DNA of 62,925 nt, filler included, from Octopus bimaculoides (GCF_001194135.2; 3 parts of 3 records of this genome joined end to end with filler, not necessarily neighbours in it); one strand, 5' to 3'; shown: positions 40,810-52,060, numbered from the whole stretch's first letter. Notes: generated by a model from the letters alone, not told the origin. Made by a program: numbers and translations.

Positions 40810-42735
40810 GGTTAACTGTCAAGAATTACCATTTAGAGGACACAGTGAAACAAGAATCAGATAATAAGGGTAATTTTCAGTCTATATGTGAAGCAGTATC
40901 AGAATAGAATGATTGTTCAAGATCACATTTAGATTTCATGAAGAAAACAAGCTCATTTAATTGTATAGCCGCTACAAGTGAAGGTGAAATTAAGGTAATG
41001 ATAAAAAAAGTGGCATTTGTTGCTGTTATGTTTGATGAGACTACAGACCTTCAAATGAAATCTCAATTGTTGCACATTTTGCAATTTGTTGCTGAGAAGG
41101 AAAGGCTCAAAAAAGCTTTTTGGGATACGTTGATGTCCATAAAGACAGAAAAGTTGCATCACTGACAGAATCTCATAAATTTGTTAATGAATTCGACTGC
41201 TTCAAATTTATGATGGAGTGAATGTGATAGCTGGGTATTTTACATTGTTATGCACATTGACTTAATTTGGTACTCCCTCAACCAGCTTCAAATATTTGTG
41301 AACGTCAAATTTTCTTCCAAACATTAAAATAGCTTTCAACTTTTTTCTCAAATTCGACAGCTTTTATCCAGCCCTACTGGATGAAATCACTGAAAGGTGA
41401 TTTCCAAAGTTATTTGAGACTCACTAGAGTCATTTAGCTTGACAGTATCCATTTTGTCCAACAAAATTACTGTTTTCTGGGGTATTTTTAAACATTAGTA
41501 AATCCAGATTGAAGTGCTTCAGAATTAGCACAGGCAAGGGGATTCGCTACAATCCTGGAAGATTTTGAGTTCAAACTTTTTTGTGGTATTTGAAACTGCA
41601 TTGAGTGGCACAAAGATTCTGTTTTCAATTCTTCAAAAAGTTTGCTTGATATTTCAAGGTGTATTCATGAGGTTGAGAACTTCAAAAAACAATTGGTTGA
41701 TATTGTCACGTTTAGTGTAATTGTTGTACTAATCATGATGTGAAATTAGGCTGGCTGCAAACAGAAGCAAAACTCTTGAATATTTAATGTCTGATTATTT
41801 AAGGGAAGGCTGAACATAAATACATACATGAATTATCAAATCTTTATTGGTAGGGAGACTAGGATAAAGGGATCAACTTAACTGTGATTGTTCAGTTATT
41901 TGTTGTGTTCAAGATGCAAGACTGCCAAAATCTTGTTGAAACCTTGTCCTTGGTTTGCTTAGCAAGAGCCAAGTTGTGTTCTCTTCAAATACCATGAGAG
42001 CTCTGGTTGATTTCTAGTGCTCAACTGTTTAACTGGAGAAAAAAGTTTGAATCCAAGGACATGAGATTTTCTAACTGGTGTTCTGATCTCTTGCAAATGA
42101 TTGTTTGGGGGAAAATGGTTTTCATGTTAAGATTACATGTCCCAACTGGGGCCCACTCATGAGAGTGAACTGATAATTTTGTGAAAAGGTTTCTAATTCT
42201 AGGGCTCACTACAATTTTACTGTCAGATTTTGGATGGTGTCCCTGAACCACCAGAGAAGTGTGATTAACAGTATGAAGATATTGCTCACATTGAACTGTT
42301 TAAAATCTTTGAGTTCAGATTTGTTGAATCTGAAACTTTTTCAAGCTTATGAAAAAAATTTTTCATGGAAGCATTTTCATCTTTGAATGTCCATGAAAAC
42401 ATAGGTTTTAGATGGATTGTAACATGAGCTGAAATCAGTTTATGTTGTAGATTTTGCAAAGGCAGTGTCAAACATTTGAAAAGTTGCAGACATAACATGA
42501 GAGCTTAAACTAAATCTGGCCAAAGTAACAGAATTACAGTGTCTGATTCTGACCATACCTGCCACATCTGCTTCCTGTGAGATAATTATATGAGGTGTTC
42601 TCAAAGTGAAGAGAGATTGAATAATTTGGTCTTTATTTCCATAATTAAAGAAGTTTTGAAGATGACTGTAGAGCATACCAAAGTGATAAATGCATTTGCC
42701 AAAAAGAAATGAAAAATTGAACTGATTTACAAATA
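40810..42735 (+). pseudogene. Decayed hAT transposase (ZMYM1/DUF4371-like), interrupted by an unrelated ~500 bp stretch (~41700-42200)
   Basis: QELPFRGHSE..DNKGNF (~40820), FVAVMFDETTDLQMKSQL (~41020), hAT dimerisation motif LILTIPATSASCE and SEERLNNLVFISI...IELIYK-stop (42540-42735). Many stops and frameshifts. Confidence 0.85.
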
Positions 42736-43259
42736 AATTTTAAGTAACTCATTAATTGTAGGTTCTGTTATTCACTCAGATTTCATTTGTAACCAATAAA
42801 TACATCGTGGCAAAGAACATCACATCCAGTAAAGATAAGTATCAAGCCTAAAGCATAACCTGTTGGTAGAAGTGCATTTTCTCACATTAAAATTAGTTCA
42901 TGTCACATTCACAGATGGAGTTGGGGGAGGAGCAAATAGCTTTTGGTGATGGGGAGAGTAAGGCTCCACTTACCTCCTTCTCTGCTTTGGTAATTGGCTT
43001 GAATCATGGACTGCATGCCCTGGTTTCCAAGTCACCCTTTGAGACTGGTATATATATATATATATATNNNNNNNNNNNNNNNNNNNNNNNNNNNNNNNNN
43101 NNNNNNNNNNNNNNNNNNNNNNNNNNNNNNNNNNNNNNNNNNNNNNNNNNNNNNNNNNNNNNNNNNNNNNNNNNNNNNNNNNNNNNNNNNNNNNNNNNNN
43201 NNNNNNNNNNNNNNNNNNNNNNNNNNNNNNNNNNNNNNNNNNNNNNNNNNNNNNNNNNA

Positions 43260-44069
43260 GGAGGTACTGGCAACGGCCACGCTCAAAGTGGTGTATTTTA
43301 CGTGCCACCTGCACAGGAGCCAGTCCAGCGGTACTGGCAACGAACTCGCTCGAATGTCTTTTCACGTGCCACTGGCATAAGTGCCAGGAAGGCAACGTTG
43401 GTAACGGTCACGCTCAGATGGAGCTATTTACGTGCCACCGGCATGAAAGCCAGACAGCTGGTGCTCTGGCAATGATCACGCTCTGACGGTGCTCTTAGTG
43501 ATTTACTGGTACAAGTGTCATCACGATTTTGCTTTCACTTGCCGCAACAGGTCTTCGCAAGCCGAGTTTAGTGTTCAATGAAGACGTTGGGCATGGGTGC
43601 CAGTCTACAAATTTAGTTCGATTTCACTTGCCTCAACAGGTCTTCGCAAGCGGAGTTTAGTGTCCAGAGAAGGAATGTAACGCATAAGTGGGCTAGATTA
43701 CATCCTTGGCAGAGGCCTTGGATTTTGGTTTCACTTGGCTTACCGGGTTTTCTCACGCACAGCATATTTCCAAAGGTCTCGGTCACAAGTCATTGCCTCG
43801 GTGAGGCGTGAAGTTCGGAGGTCGTGCTTCACCACCTCATCCCAGGTCTTCCTGGGCCTACCTCTTCCACAGGTTCCCTCAACCGCTAGGATGTGGCACT
43901 TTTTCACACAGCTATCCTCATCCATTCTCGCCACATATCCATTCCAGCGCAATCGTCTCTCTTGCACACCACAACTGATGCTACTTAGGTTCAACTTTTC
44001 TCTCAAGATGCTTACACTCTGTTGGGAATGTGCACTGATATTACTCATCCATCGGAGCATACTGGCTTC
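43260..44069 (-). mobile_element. RTE-clade LINE 3' end (ORF C-terminus plus 3' UTR with internal repeats)
   Basis: LRWMSNI...LREKL...VQERRLRWNGYVARMDEDSCVKKC..LAVEGTCGRGRPRKTWDEVVKHDL...DRDLWK (43740-44060). The UTR carries duplicated TTTCACTTGCC.CAACAGGTCTTCGCAAGC.GAGTTTAGTGT units and repeated ACGTGCCAC motifs. Confidence 0.88.
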
Positions 44070-44169
44070 NNNNNNNNNNNNNNNNNNNNNNNNNNNNNNN
44101 NNNNNNNNNNNNNTTAATTAATTAANNNNNNNNNNNNNNNNNNNNNNNNNNNNNNNNNNNNNNNNNNNN
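44070..44169. other. Artificial scaffold-join spacer
   Basis: Identical 44 N + TTAATTAATTAA + 44 N structure. Confidence 0.95.
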
Positions 44170-44468
44170 GTTCCTGCTAAAAGGGATTACCCTGCTCTGT
44201 ATAATCAGGGCAGCGCAAAAAGTTGTTTTGCACAAGCATTTCTATAGCCAATTACACGGATGAAATTTACGTATGCTTAATAATTTTATGCAAAACAGCC
44301 TTCAGACTTTCCCTATTAATTTCATCGTCATTTGAATTATGAACATATTTACATCATAAGGGTTTTTTCGTTGTAAGGCTTTCTTTTTTAGTTGATTTTC
44401 AGCTAGCAAGACTTATCGTAGATGGCATAATAAGTCACACCCGGACAAGGTCGGGTTATACTGCTAGT
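44170..44468 (+). mobile_element. Helitron-like 3' terminus
   Basis: GC hairpin CCCGG-ACAAGG-TCGGG (44440-44455), 8 nt, then CTAG|T (44464-44468), the canonical Helitron 3' signature. The 5' extent is cut by the scaffold spacer. Confidence 0.55.
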
Positions 44469-44484
44469 ATATATATATATGAAC

Positions 44485-44653
44485 GTACGACAGGTTTCCA
44501 CAGTTTCCGTAAGCCAATTTCATTCACAAGGCATTGATCAGCCTGGGGCTACGGGGCTATAAATAGAAGAAACTTGCCAAAGGTGCCATTAGGTGAGACT
44601 ATATCAGAAACTCCGTGGTTACAAACGAGATGCTTAACCACATAGCCACACCT
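44485..44653 (-). mobile_element. tRNA-SINE family A, degenerate 5' half
   Basis: CAGTTTCCGT..CCAATTTCATTCACAAGGC...TTAACCACATAGCCACACCT. Confidence 0.6.
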
Positions 44654-44800
44654 TGTAAATGTTAGTGAAGTTATTAAAAGAAATCATTCTAAATATTCAA
44701 ATTTTAACGTTTTTTTTTCTCAAATTACCTACCGTATTCTTCTATAGTAATTAAATAAATTATAGGTATTTAAAAATATTCTTTCTTCATTCTTTAACAG

Positions 44801-45108
44801 GTAAACTCAGAAGAAAGATCATTTCCAGTCCTCGACTCTACAGAGTTTTCAGCTCATTTCGCAGCTAGCTGGACACAACTCACAACAGAGTGGGGTCTAA
44901 AAGTGGAATTTGATGGATTTCATCAAGCGATCATAACACTTCCGGCAACATTTGCAAACAAATTAACTGGACTTTGTGGTGATTGTAACGGTTATCAAGA
45001 TGAACTGCACAAAAAGACAGAGCAGGAAATATTACACAACCCTACGAAATTTACAGATATTGTGAAAAGTTATCGAGTTCCAGATGAAGACGATACACCT
45101 GACACAAC
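44801..45108 (+). CDS. Gene 1 exon a: C-terminal half of a von Willebrand factor type D (VWD) domain; zonadhesin/IgGFc-binding-protein-like secreted protein (5' exons absent)
   Basis: Acceptor ttcttcattctttaacag|, donor AC|gtaagt, phase 0 to 2. Translation VNSEERSFPVLDSTEFSAHFAASWTQLTTEWGLKVEFDGFHQAIITLPATFANKLTGLCGDCNGYQDEL... contains the VWD GLxVxFDG and GLCG(D/N)xNG motifs. Confidence 0.92.
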
Positions 45109-45199
45109 GTAAGTTGAATATGTTATGAATTAAGAAAAGCCTTTTCATTGATATTACCGAATTCGTATTTCTATACATGCTTTATATTAAGGATATCCA

Positions 45200-45790
45200 T
45201 CCGTTTTCTACACTCCCTATTTCTGAGAAGGTTGTTGGAGAGTAGAGTCCTTCAGCACCTCCAGTGGGTCTTATCAAAAGCAATTGTTTGTACACTTTCC
45301 GATTGGGTTCCCGATTGTATGACCGATTGAGACTACGAACTTCCTCGTTCTTGCTCTACTCCCAGGTCTCCTGCCGATTGGCTCGACTTGAAGAATCCAT
45401 TTTGTGATAGTTTGATACTTTTCCTGCGATATTTTAATCATACATCTGCAGTACTGGATCTGTGACCTCTCAATACAGCGAAGTATTAAGCCAACGTGGA
45501 GAAACTCCCTAAGCTCCTATCTACACAAAATACCGAGTAGCACTACTTCAGATAGCCGTCAGAGGACCTCCATTTCAGTCCCTTGTATTCACTATCAAAC
45601 TCTTTCCATCGTTATTCAAACTTCATGTCCATAGGTGAGATAGATACGAAAACAGAATTAAAGGTAGCAAATATGGCTTTTATACAAACCTCTCTTCTAC
45701 TGCAGAAGTTTGAGATTTATGAGCAACTTCAGGTTGCCATGAAGTTCCTATATGAATGCCCAGATGTTTGTGTTCGCGTTCATGGTGCTT
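45200..45790 (+). mobile_element. Possible decayed RTE-like RT fragment in the intron between exons a and b
   Basis: Weak resemblance of KTELKVANMAF...LLLQKFEIYEQL..KFLYEC to the RTE post-RT motif (RIxxAxxAF...TKLxIY...LLYGxE). Confidence 0.3.
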
Positions 45791-45840
45791 AGTCGAAGCA
45801 TTATTTGATACATGACTAAATTCTTTTTATTTTATTCCAG

Positions 45841-46112
45841 ATGCGAAGCTAATAAAATCCCAAGCGAATGTTGTAACGAAAAGACAATTCAATGTGAACT
45901 AATTGCAAACAGTTCAGCATTTGCAACTTGCAGAATCAATCATGGAGTAAATTTGTTCGAAAATTTCTTAGATTCCTGTAAACGAGACATTTGCATATAT
46001 GGTGATGATGAACCGAGTCTGAAAATCGCTTTATGTCGAGTGACTGAATCATTGGCAAAATCTTGTCAAATGGCAGGCACAATTGTTAATTGGAGGCAGA
46101 GTTTCAATTGCA
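45841..46112 (+). CDS. Gene 1 exon b: C8 domain
   Basis: Acceptor ttttattttattccag|, donor TGC A|gtatgt, phase 2 to 1, matching exon a. CEANKIPSECCNEKTIQCELIANSSAFATCR...SCKRDICIYG...LCRVTESLAKSCQMAGTIVNWRQSFNC shows the C8 cysteine spacing and terminal WR motif. Confidence 0.92.
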
Positions 46113-47147
46113 GTATGTATAAGTAAAATCTAATTACATTCTCATAAGTGCATTTTCACGTAATTTGGATCATTTTTTGGTAAAAATTAAATGTGCTTCA
46201 GAGGTCTACATGACGTTGGATATACTATGTATGATCAGTTGAAGCTGAAACAGACTGCTACACATCAGACCTCACATAAAGCTGTAACCATATCATACGG
46301 GGGCATTCGTTATTTGTTGGTGTAGCTGCTGTTGTTATTCTTGTTGTAGATGTTATAATCGTCGCAGTTTGGACGAACAGAATTATATTTAGAAAACGTT
46401 CAAGCCGTGCTCCTCTTATCATATTTACAGAATAGTGTGACAAGGATTATATTATCTTGGATACACATATCACCCATTTTTTATGAGAAGGTTTTGATTT
46501 GACGTAATTTTGGCAGCAATTTCTAGCCAAACAGTGTCACCACATGAAAAATGGAATTTTTAAAATAAAATTTAAGTCTTGACAACACCAATACTAAACA
46601 TTTGAGCTCCTTGAAAAACTCATATTTCATAATTTTATAACAAAAATATGATCAATAAAATGACGTAATCAATATTTTTCTATATTTTTCTTAAACTTTT
46701 AATTTTAAATCATAAAGGAAAAATATCTTTCAAAATCGAATTTCGACAGTAATTTTAACTTTCTTTGCGGGTACACTAAGAAACATAAAAAATATAATTT
46801 ATATATANNNNNNNNNNATATATATATATATATATATATCTTGGCTTTGCGCGAGGCCAGCAAGCTTAGTAAGTCGATTACATTGCAACGAGTGCTCAAA
46901 TAGTGTTTCTTTTACCGACTCCGAAAGGATTACAAAGTCGACCCTGGCGAGATGCCACATGAACAGATTATTGAATATGATTATTCTTTGGTCATTGTAC
47001 ATTTCGGATCCAAATTTGCCTGAGTCTAGTATTGATTTAGCTTTTTTCGTATCATTGACACAATTGAATCTTGGTAATGAAATGCTTTTTCTCTCCTGTA
47101 GCAATCAAACTGAGTATTTAATTATATATTTTAAAATGTGATTTCAG

Positions 47148-47338
47148 CAAAAGTTTGTCCAAATAAACAAATCTACAAGATCCGAACTCCCACTTGCCAA
47201 CCAACATGCGTGAATACTTCACCAAATTGCACAGCGTATACCGACGGTTGTGTGTGCGAACCTGATTATATTCTTAGTGGTTCGGAATGTGTTCCTAAAT
47301 CAAAATGTGGCTGTCAAATTGAAAATCGTTATCTAACG
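47148..47338 (+). CDS. Gene 1 exon c: TIL (trypsin-inhibitor-like cysteine-rich) domain
   Basis: Acceptor gtgatttcag|, donor ACG|gtaagt, phase 1 to 0. KVCPNKQIYKIRTPTCQPTCVNTSPNCTAYTDGCVCEPDYILSGSECVPKSKCGC has the TIL pattern CPxNxxY...CxxTC...GCxC...CVPxxxCGC. Confidence 0.93.
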
Positions 47339-47920
47339 GTAAGTTTTGGAAGTGAAAACCCCTTTATTGTCTTTTATCTCCAAGGAATTTTTAACTGGAA
47401 ATCAGAATTTATTACATATTTCTATGGCTGCATATTTTTATATCTTTGTGAATGATATTTTCTATATTTAATATTCTAAAAGGATTTACGGAGTTGTACT
47501 TGCATAACAAATGACCTGATCTGAGATTGTGTGCGCAAACAAAAACAATTGCAGCGTGAAAGGTGTTTATAAGCCATTTAAAAACACACAAAAACCAGTT
47601 TGATTCACTTCAACATTTGAATTTAATTTAAAATATTTCGTCGCTTTGAAACGACGAACTGTTCACTGACGGAATTTTGCCAAGCGGTGATGGCTGGACA
47701 AGCACAGACACAAAGACACGCACACATAAATATATATATATGTCCATATATATATATATATATGTATGTATGTATACATGTATATATATACACACACATA
47801 CACACATATGTGTGTGTATGTATGTACATACATACACATATGTGTGTATGTTTGTGTATACATTTCTGTATGTGTATTGCATTTTCTAAATAATTGTCGT
47901 CGTGAAAATATTTGTTCTAG

Positions 47921-48104
47921 GTGCTGGAAGGTTATTACTCCTCGGATTGTCTAAATAAAACCGAATGCCAAGAAGGTGGAAAAGTAATTATGAAACCGAA
48001 AGTTGCCTGTGGTGAACACAGCCAATGCAGAATTAAAGAAGGCAAACGTAGCTGTTACTGCGACGACAGATTCACATTTTACAAAGGCAAATGTGAAATG
48101 CTAG
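47921..48104 (+). CDS. Gene 1 exon d: TILa/VWC-like segment closing in an EGF-like module
   Basis: Acceptor tttgttctag|, donor CTA G|gtaagg, phase 0 to 1. [61 protein letters not shown]. Confidence 0.85.
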
Positions 48105-48239
48105 GTAAGGCTGCCGATCTTTTAAAATATTCATAAAAATTTATAAAAATTTATAAAGATTACAATGAAATTTTTGTAGAAACATTAGTTTAAATATGTT
48201 TGAAGAAGTGTTTATCTTTTATATATATATTTTTTTTTT

Positions 48240-48850
48240 TACACTTGTTTCGGTCACCAGACTGTGGCCTTGCTGGGAGATTCGCTCGACTAAAAATTCT
48301 TCAACTGTCTTGAGGAATTTTTAGTCGAGCAAGTCGATCCGAGTACTTATTTTTGTAGAAAACCTAATACTTATTCTAGCCGTTTTGTTTTGCCGAAGCG
48401 CTAAGTTGCGGGGACGTAAACACACCAACACCGGTCGTAAAGCGGTGGTGGAGTACAAAAACAGATATAAACATTCCCCCACATCTAAGCCCCACACACA
48501 CACACATACACACACACACGCACACACACACACGCACACACACACACACGCACACACACACACACACACGCACACACACACGCTTGTGGTTCTACACCTA
48601 ATACCAAATCCATCTTCTGATTACTTAATCAATTGATATTATCATTATTATATATACGACAGGTTTCTTTCAGTTTCCATCTGCCAAATTCACTCCCAAA
48701 ACTTGGGTGTTTGTGTGTTTACATCTTCGTAACCTTGCGATTTGGCAATAGAGACCGATAGAATAAGCACCAGGCTTAAAACATGTACTGAGGTCGATTG
48801 ATTCCACTAAAGATTCTTCAAGGTTGAGCCCCAACATGGCCTCAGTCTGG
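48240..48850. mobile_element. SINE family A copy (minus, ~48240-48700) abutting a plus-strand 3' fragment (~48710-48850)
   Basis: CTAAGTTGCGGGGACGTAAACACACC on one side and GTGTTTACATCTTCGTAACC...GACCGATAGAATAAGCACCAGGC on the other; expanded (CA)n in the middle of the minus copy. Confidence 0.8.
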
Positions 48851-48889
48851 AACCTTTATGAGCCACCTGAACTCCTTTGGTACCAGGAC

Positions 48890-49250
48890 ACTTCGTAAAA
48901 TTATGGATTACTTTTGGTCGGATTTTTCGTCCAATCAACGACTCTACTGAGAAACCGGGATGTTTCTGTAACTTCTATGATTCAGGAGCGCCAACTCAGG
49001 CTGTTTGGCCATGTTCGATTTTCCGAGCTTGACGCTGTTTTTTGTGTTCTCTTCACTGAGGATCTGGCTGGGTTGACGGCTCTTGTTGGTCAACCACATG
49101 CCACGTGGCCACGGCAGATAAAAAGGTATCTTGTGAAGATGGGGACCGCCTGGGACTCTATTAAAGGGGTCGCTCGGAAGAACCTGGAAATATACTGACA
49201 AATGGCGAATGCAACAACGGGCTACAACAGCGCAAGCGCCATCAACCACA
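48890..49250 (+). mobile_element. RTE-clade LINE 3' fragment (intronic)
   Basis: TSMIQERQLRLFGHVRFSELDAVFCVLFTEDLAG...GQPHATWPRQI matches the RTE C-terminal RQLRLFGHV...GRPRxTW motif. Confidence 0.75.
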
Positions 49251-49494
49251 AACAAGGCAATTTTTAAGCTTAAGTAAACTATAGAACTATATAGCTGAAA
49301 TTTATTGAAAAACAAACGACGAAGACAGGTGTATGAACAACAAGTAAGTGTATTAGTTTGACGTTTGGGGAAAAATGAAAAATGTTATTTACGTTTCGAG
49401 CTTACGCTCTTCAACAGAAAGGAATAAGAGAAAATCAACGTAGAGAGAATGAAAAAATAAACAGAGAGAGAATGAAAAAAACTTGTATATATAT

Positions 49495-49727
49495 ATGTGT
49501 GTGTGTGTGATTGTGTATCTGTGTTTGTCACCCCCCCCCCATCGCTTGACAACCGATGCTGGTGTGTTTATGTCCCCGTAACTTAGCGGTTCGGCAAAAG
49601 AGACCGATAGAATAAGCACTAGGCTTACAAAGAATAAGTCCTGGGGTCGATTTGCTCGACTAAAGGCGGTGCTCCAGCATGGCCACAGTCAAAAGACTGA
49701 GACAAGTAAGAGTAAGAGTAAGAGTAT
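49495..49727 (+). mobile_element. tRNA-SINE family A, 3' half with (TAAGAG)n tail
   Basis: CATCGCTTGACAACCGATGCTGGTGTGTTT...GGTGCTCCAGCATGGCCACAGTC...AAGTAAGAGTAAGAGTAAGAG. Confidence 0.9.
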
Positions 49728-49797
49728 ATCAGCGGTCCAATATGACGAAATGGAACTATAAATATTTATGTATTTAATTTATTATTATTATTATTAG

Positions 49798-50031
49798 GGT
49801 TGACAGATTTCATTCGTGTACAGAATGCTAAGTTAGACACGATACCCATCTTTACGTATGTGGTTCCACACCCTAATTTGTGTGCGAAGAAATGTCAGGA
49901 ATTAAAAGGATGCAGGGCTTTCAACTATGACAATGAACACGAAATTTGTGAATTGCTCTCTAAAAACGCGGCTTCAAACATTGTTTTGAGATCCATCGAT
50001 TGCGAAAACAGAGATTATTATCAACGTAAAG
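49798..50031 (+). CDS. Gene 1 exon e: PAN/apple domain 1
   Basis: Acceptor ttattattag|, donor AAA G|gtaaga, phase 1 to 1. ...NLCAKKCQELKGCRAFNYDNEHEICELL... matches PAN C-x3-C-x5-C-x2-F-x-Y-x6-C-x-L, ending DYYQRK. Confidence 0.9.
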
Positions 50032-50597
50032 GTAAGAAATAGCATGAAATATATTTTTCTGTGTGAGAGTGTAGGAGGAGCGACAGAGGCAGGTGTAAGT
50101 TTGCGAAAGATCGATCGTGGGAGGTTATTTCATTTCCTGCTTAAAACCAATACATTTACACAACCTTTTCAAACTACGCGAACGCTACTTTATCAGTATT
50201 CATTCACACATATTTTTGAATAATGTGTGTGTACGTATGTTATATACTTACACACATATATGTATACATGTACATATATAAAACGTGTGTGTGCGCGTAC
50301 GTGTATGTGTGTGTGTGTGTGTCTTTGTGTTTGAATGTATGTCTTGTAGAGGTTTTATATATCTATAAAATTTCTAGGGAACATGATATAATTCTTTTTT
50401 CGAACTAGATCTCGAAGCATACATAAAGCTATAGATAAAATCAAGTAGATATTGGGCTGAAAAACCCTTCTGAATAGAAAACGTCGAAGGCGTCGAAATT
50501 TTCCATCCAAACAAGTATTTACACGCTGTTTTTTATAGCTCTATGTGTGCTTGGAGATCCAGTAACCTAGAAGAATATATATAAATATAGATAGATA

Positions 50598-50605
50598 GAT
50601 TATTA

Positions 50606-50679
<74 letters not shown>

Positions 50680-50686
50680 ATTATTA
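50598..50686. repeat. (ATT)n microsatellite
   Basis: Direct reading. Confidence 0.95.
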
Positions 50687-50809
50687 TTTCTTTATTTACA
50701 TACATAAATACACACGTACACAGAGGCAGAAACATAGTATTCAAAACATAAACGTGATCATTCATTCTAATCTCACATACATGTTTTTTTCTTTTCAATC
50801 TTTTCCAAG

Positions 50810-51022
50810 GCTTTAAAAATATCATTAAAGGAGCAAGTGTCGCCGAATGCAGCAAACTGGTTGAATATCATGCAATAAAAACCTTTGCCGATTGCTCTGC
50901 ATTGTGCGTTCTAAAGCAGTGCTTAGCCGATGAGTTTTCCGAAAGCAAGCAAATATGCAAAGTAATACCAACCAATAGGCATAGTTTTGAATTATATGGT
51001 AACGAGCCATGGACCTTTTACG
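50810..51022 (+). CDS. Gene 1 exon f: PAN/apple domain 2 (not in the ORF track); may read through to TAA at 51034-51036 as the last exon
   Basis: Acceptor cttttcaatcttttccaag|, open in phase 1: GFKNIIKGASVAECSKLVEYHAIKTFADCSALCVLKQCLADEFSESKQICKVIPTNRHSFELYGNEPWTFY. Followed by a possible donor G|gtgaga or by read-through GEIF-stop. Confidence 0.85.
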
Positions 51023-51158
51023 GTGAGATATTTTAATTATAAATGCTGATGTTATATAACGAGACTGTACGAGGCTAATGTTGACACAGGCTGCTAAGAA
51101 AGTTTACATTATATGTGTGTGTGTGTGTTTGTGTGTGTTTATGTGTTGTGTAGGTATG

Positions 51159-51228
<70 letters not shown>

Positions 51229-51816
51229 CTGACTTAACAGCCCTCCCTGTTTGTTTTCACTGTCCTGCTTTTGTTACCAGCTTTGGCCCTCCGCAAAATC
51301 CCAAATTATATTTAATTTGCTTTGCGGGAGAAACTGTTTTGTCGAAAACGTATCTTGTCGGGAAATGCTCGAAATACGGATTAGAAAAACAGCCGACAAC
51401 TGATGAAGGGTCGTTTTTATGTTGCGAGTCTTGCTCCCCATTTGTTTCCTTCGTTGTTCGCAAAAAAAGTTCATATTCCATGTATTCGTATTTCGTATTC
51501 CATATTTTCGTATTTTTTGTTGTTTACATTCTGTGACGTCCTGTGCCCACATATGCATGTGTATATACGTATATATGTAAGTATGTACATATACTTATGT
51601 ATATATGCATATATATATATATATATATATATAGTTTAAATTTACAGAAAACAAAAGACTAAGACATGAGAAGGAACAACAGGCAGGTGTGTTAGTTTAA
51701 CGCTCGAGAAGGACGGTAAAGTCGTTGACGTTTTGAGCTTACGCTCTCCGACAGAAAGAATTAAGATTGAAAAAAACGGAGAGAGAAAAATGCGTGGGAA
51801 TTAGCGGTTCAACATG

Positions 51817-51852
<36 letters not shown>

Positions 51853-52060
51853 ATGTGTGATGTGTGTATTTTCCCCTTGTTTACAATTAACACGGAAAAA
51901 TAAGTAAACACTTACCAGGGCAGCAAAATAATCACACATGTAATAAGGACATAACACAGTGTTTCTAAATGTAGAAACTCCGAGTTGATGTGAAATGTGT
52001 TGTATAATATATATATATAAATAAACGGAGTTAAACGCAGGTGCTATTCAAATTCTTTTA

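Noticed and set aside
51398-51440. CTGATGAAGGG as a canonical hammerhead core
   Set aside because: No stem II closure followed by GAAA downstream.
51240-51536. Phase-1 open frame after a possible acceptor as the terminal exon of gene 1
   Set aside because: The sequence looks repeat-derived and low-complexity with no domain signal; read-through to TAA 51036 or splicing to VWA is simpler.
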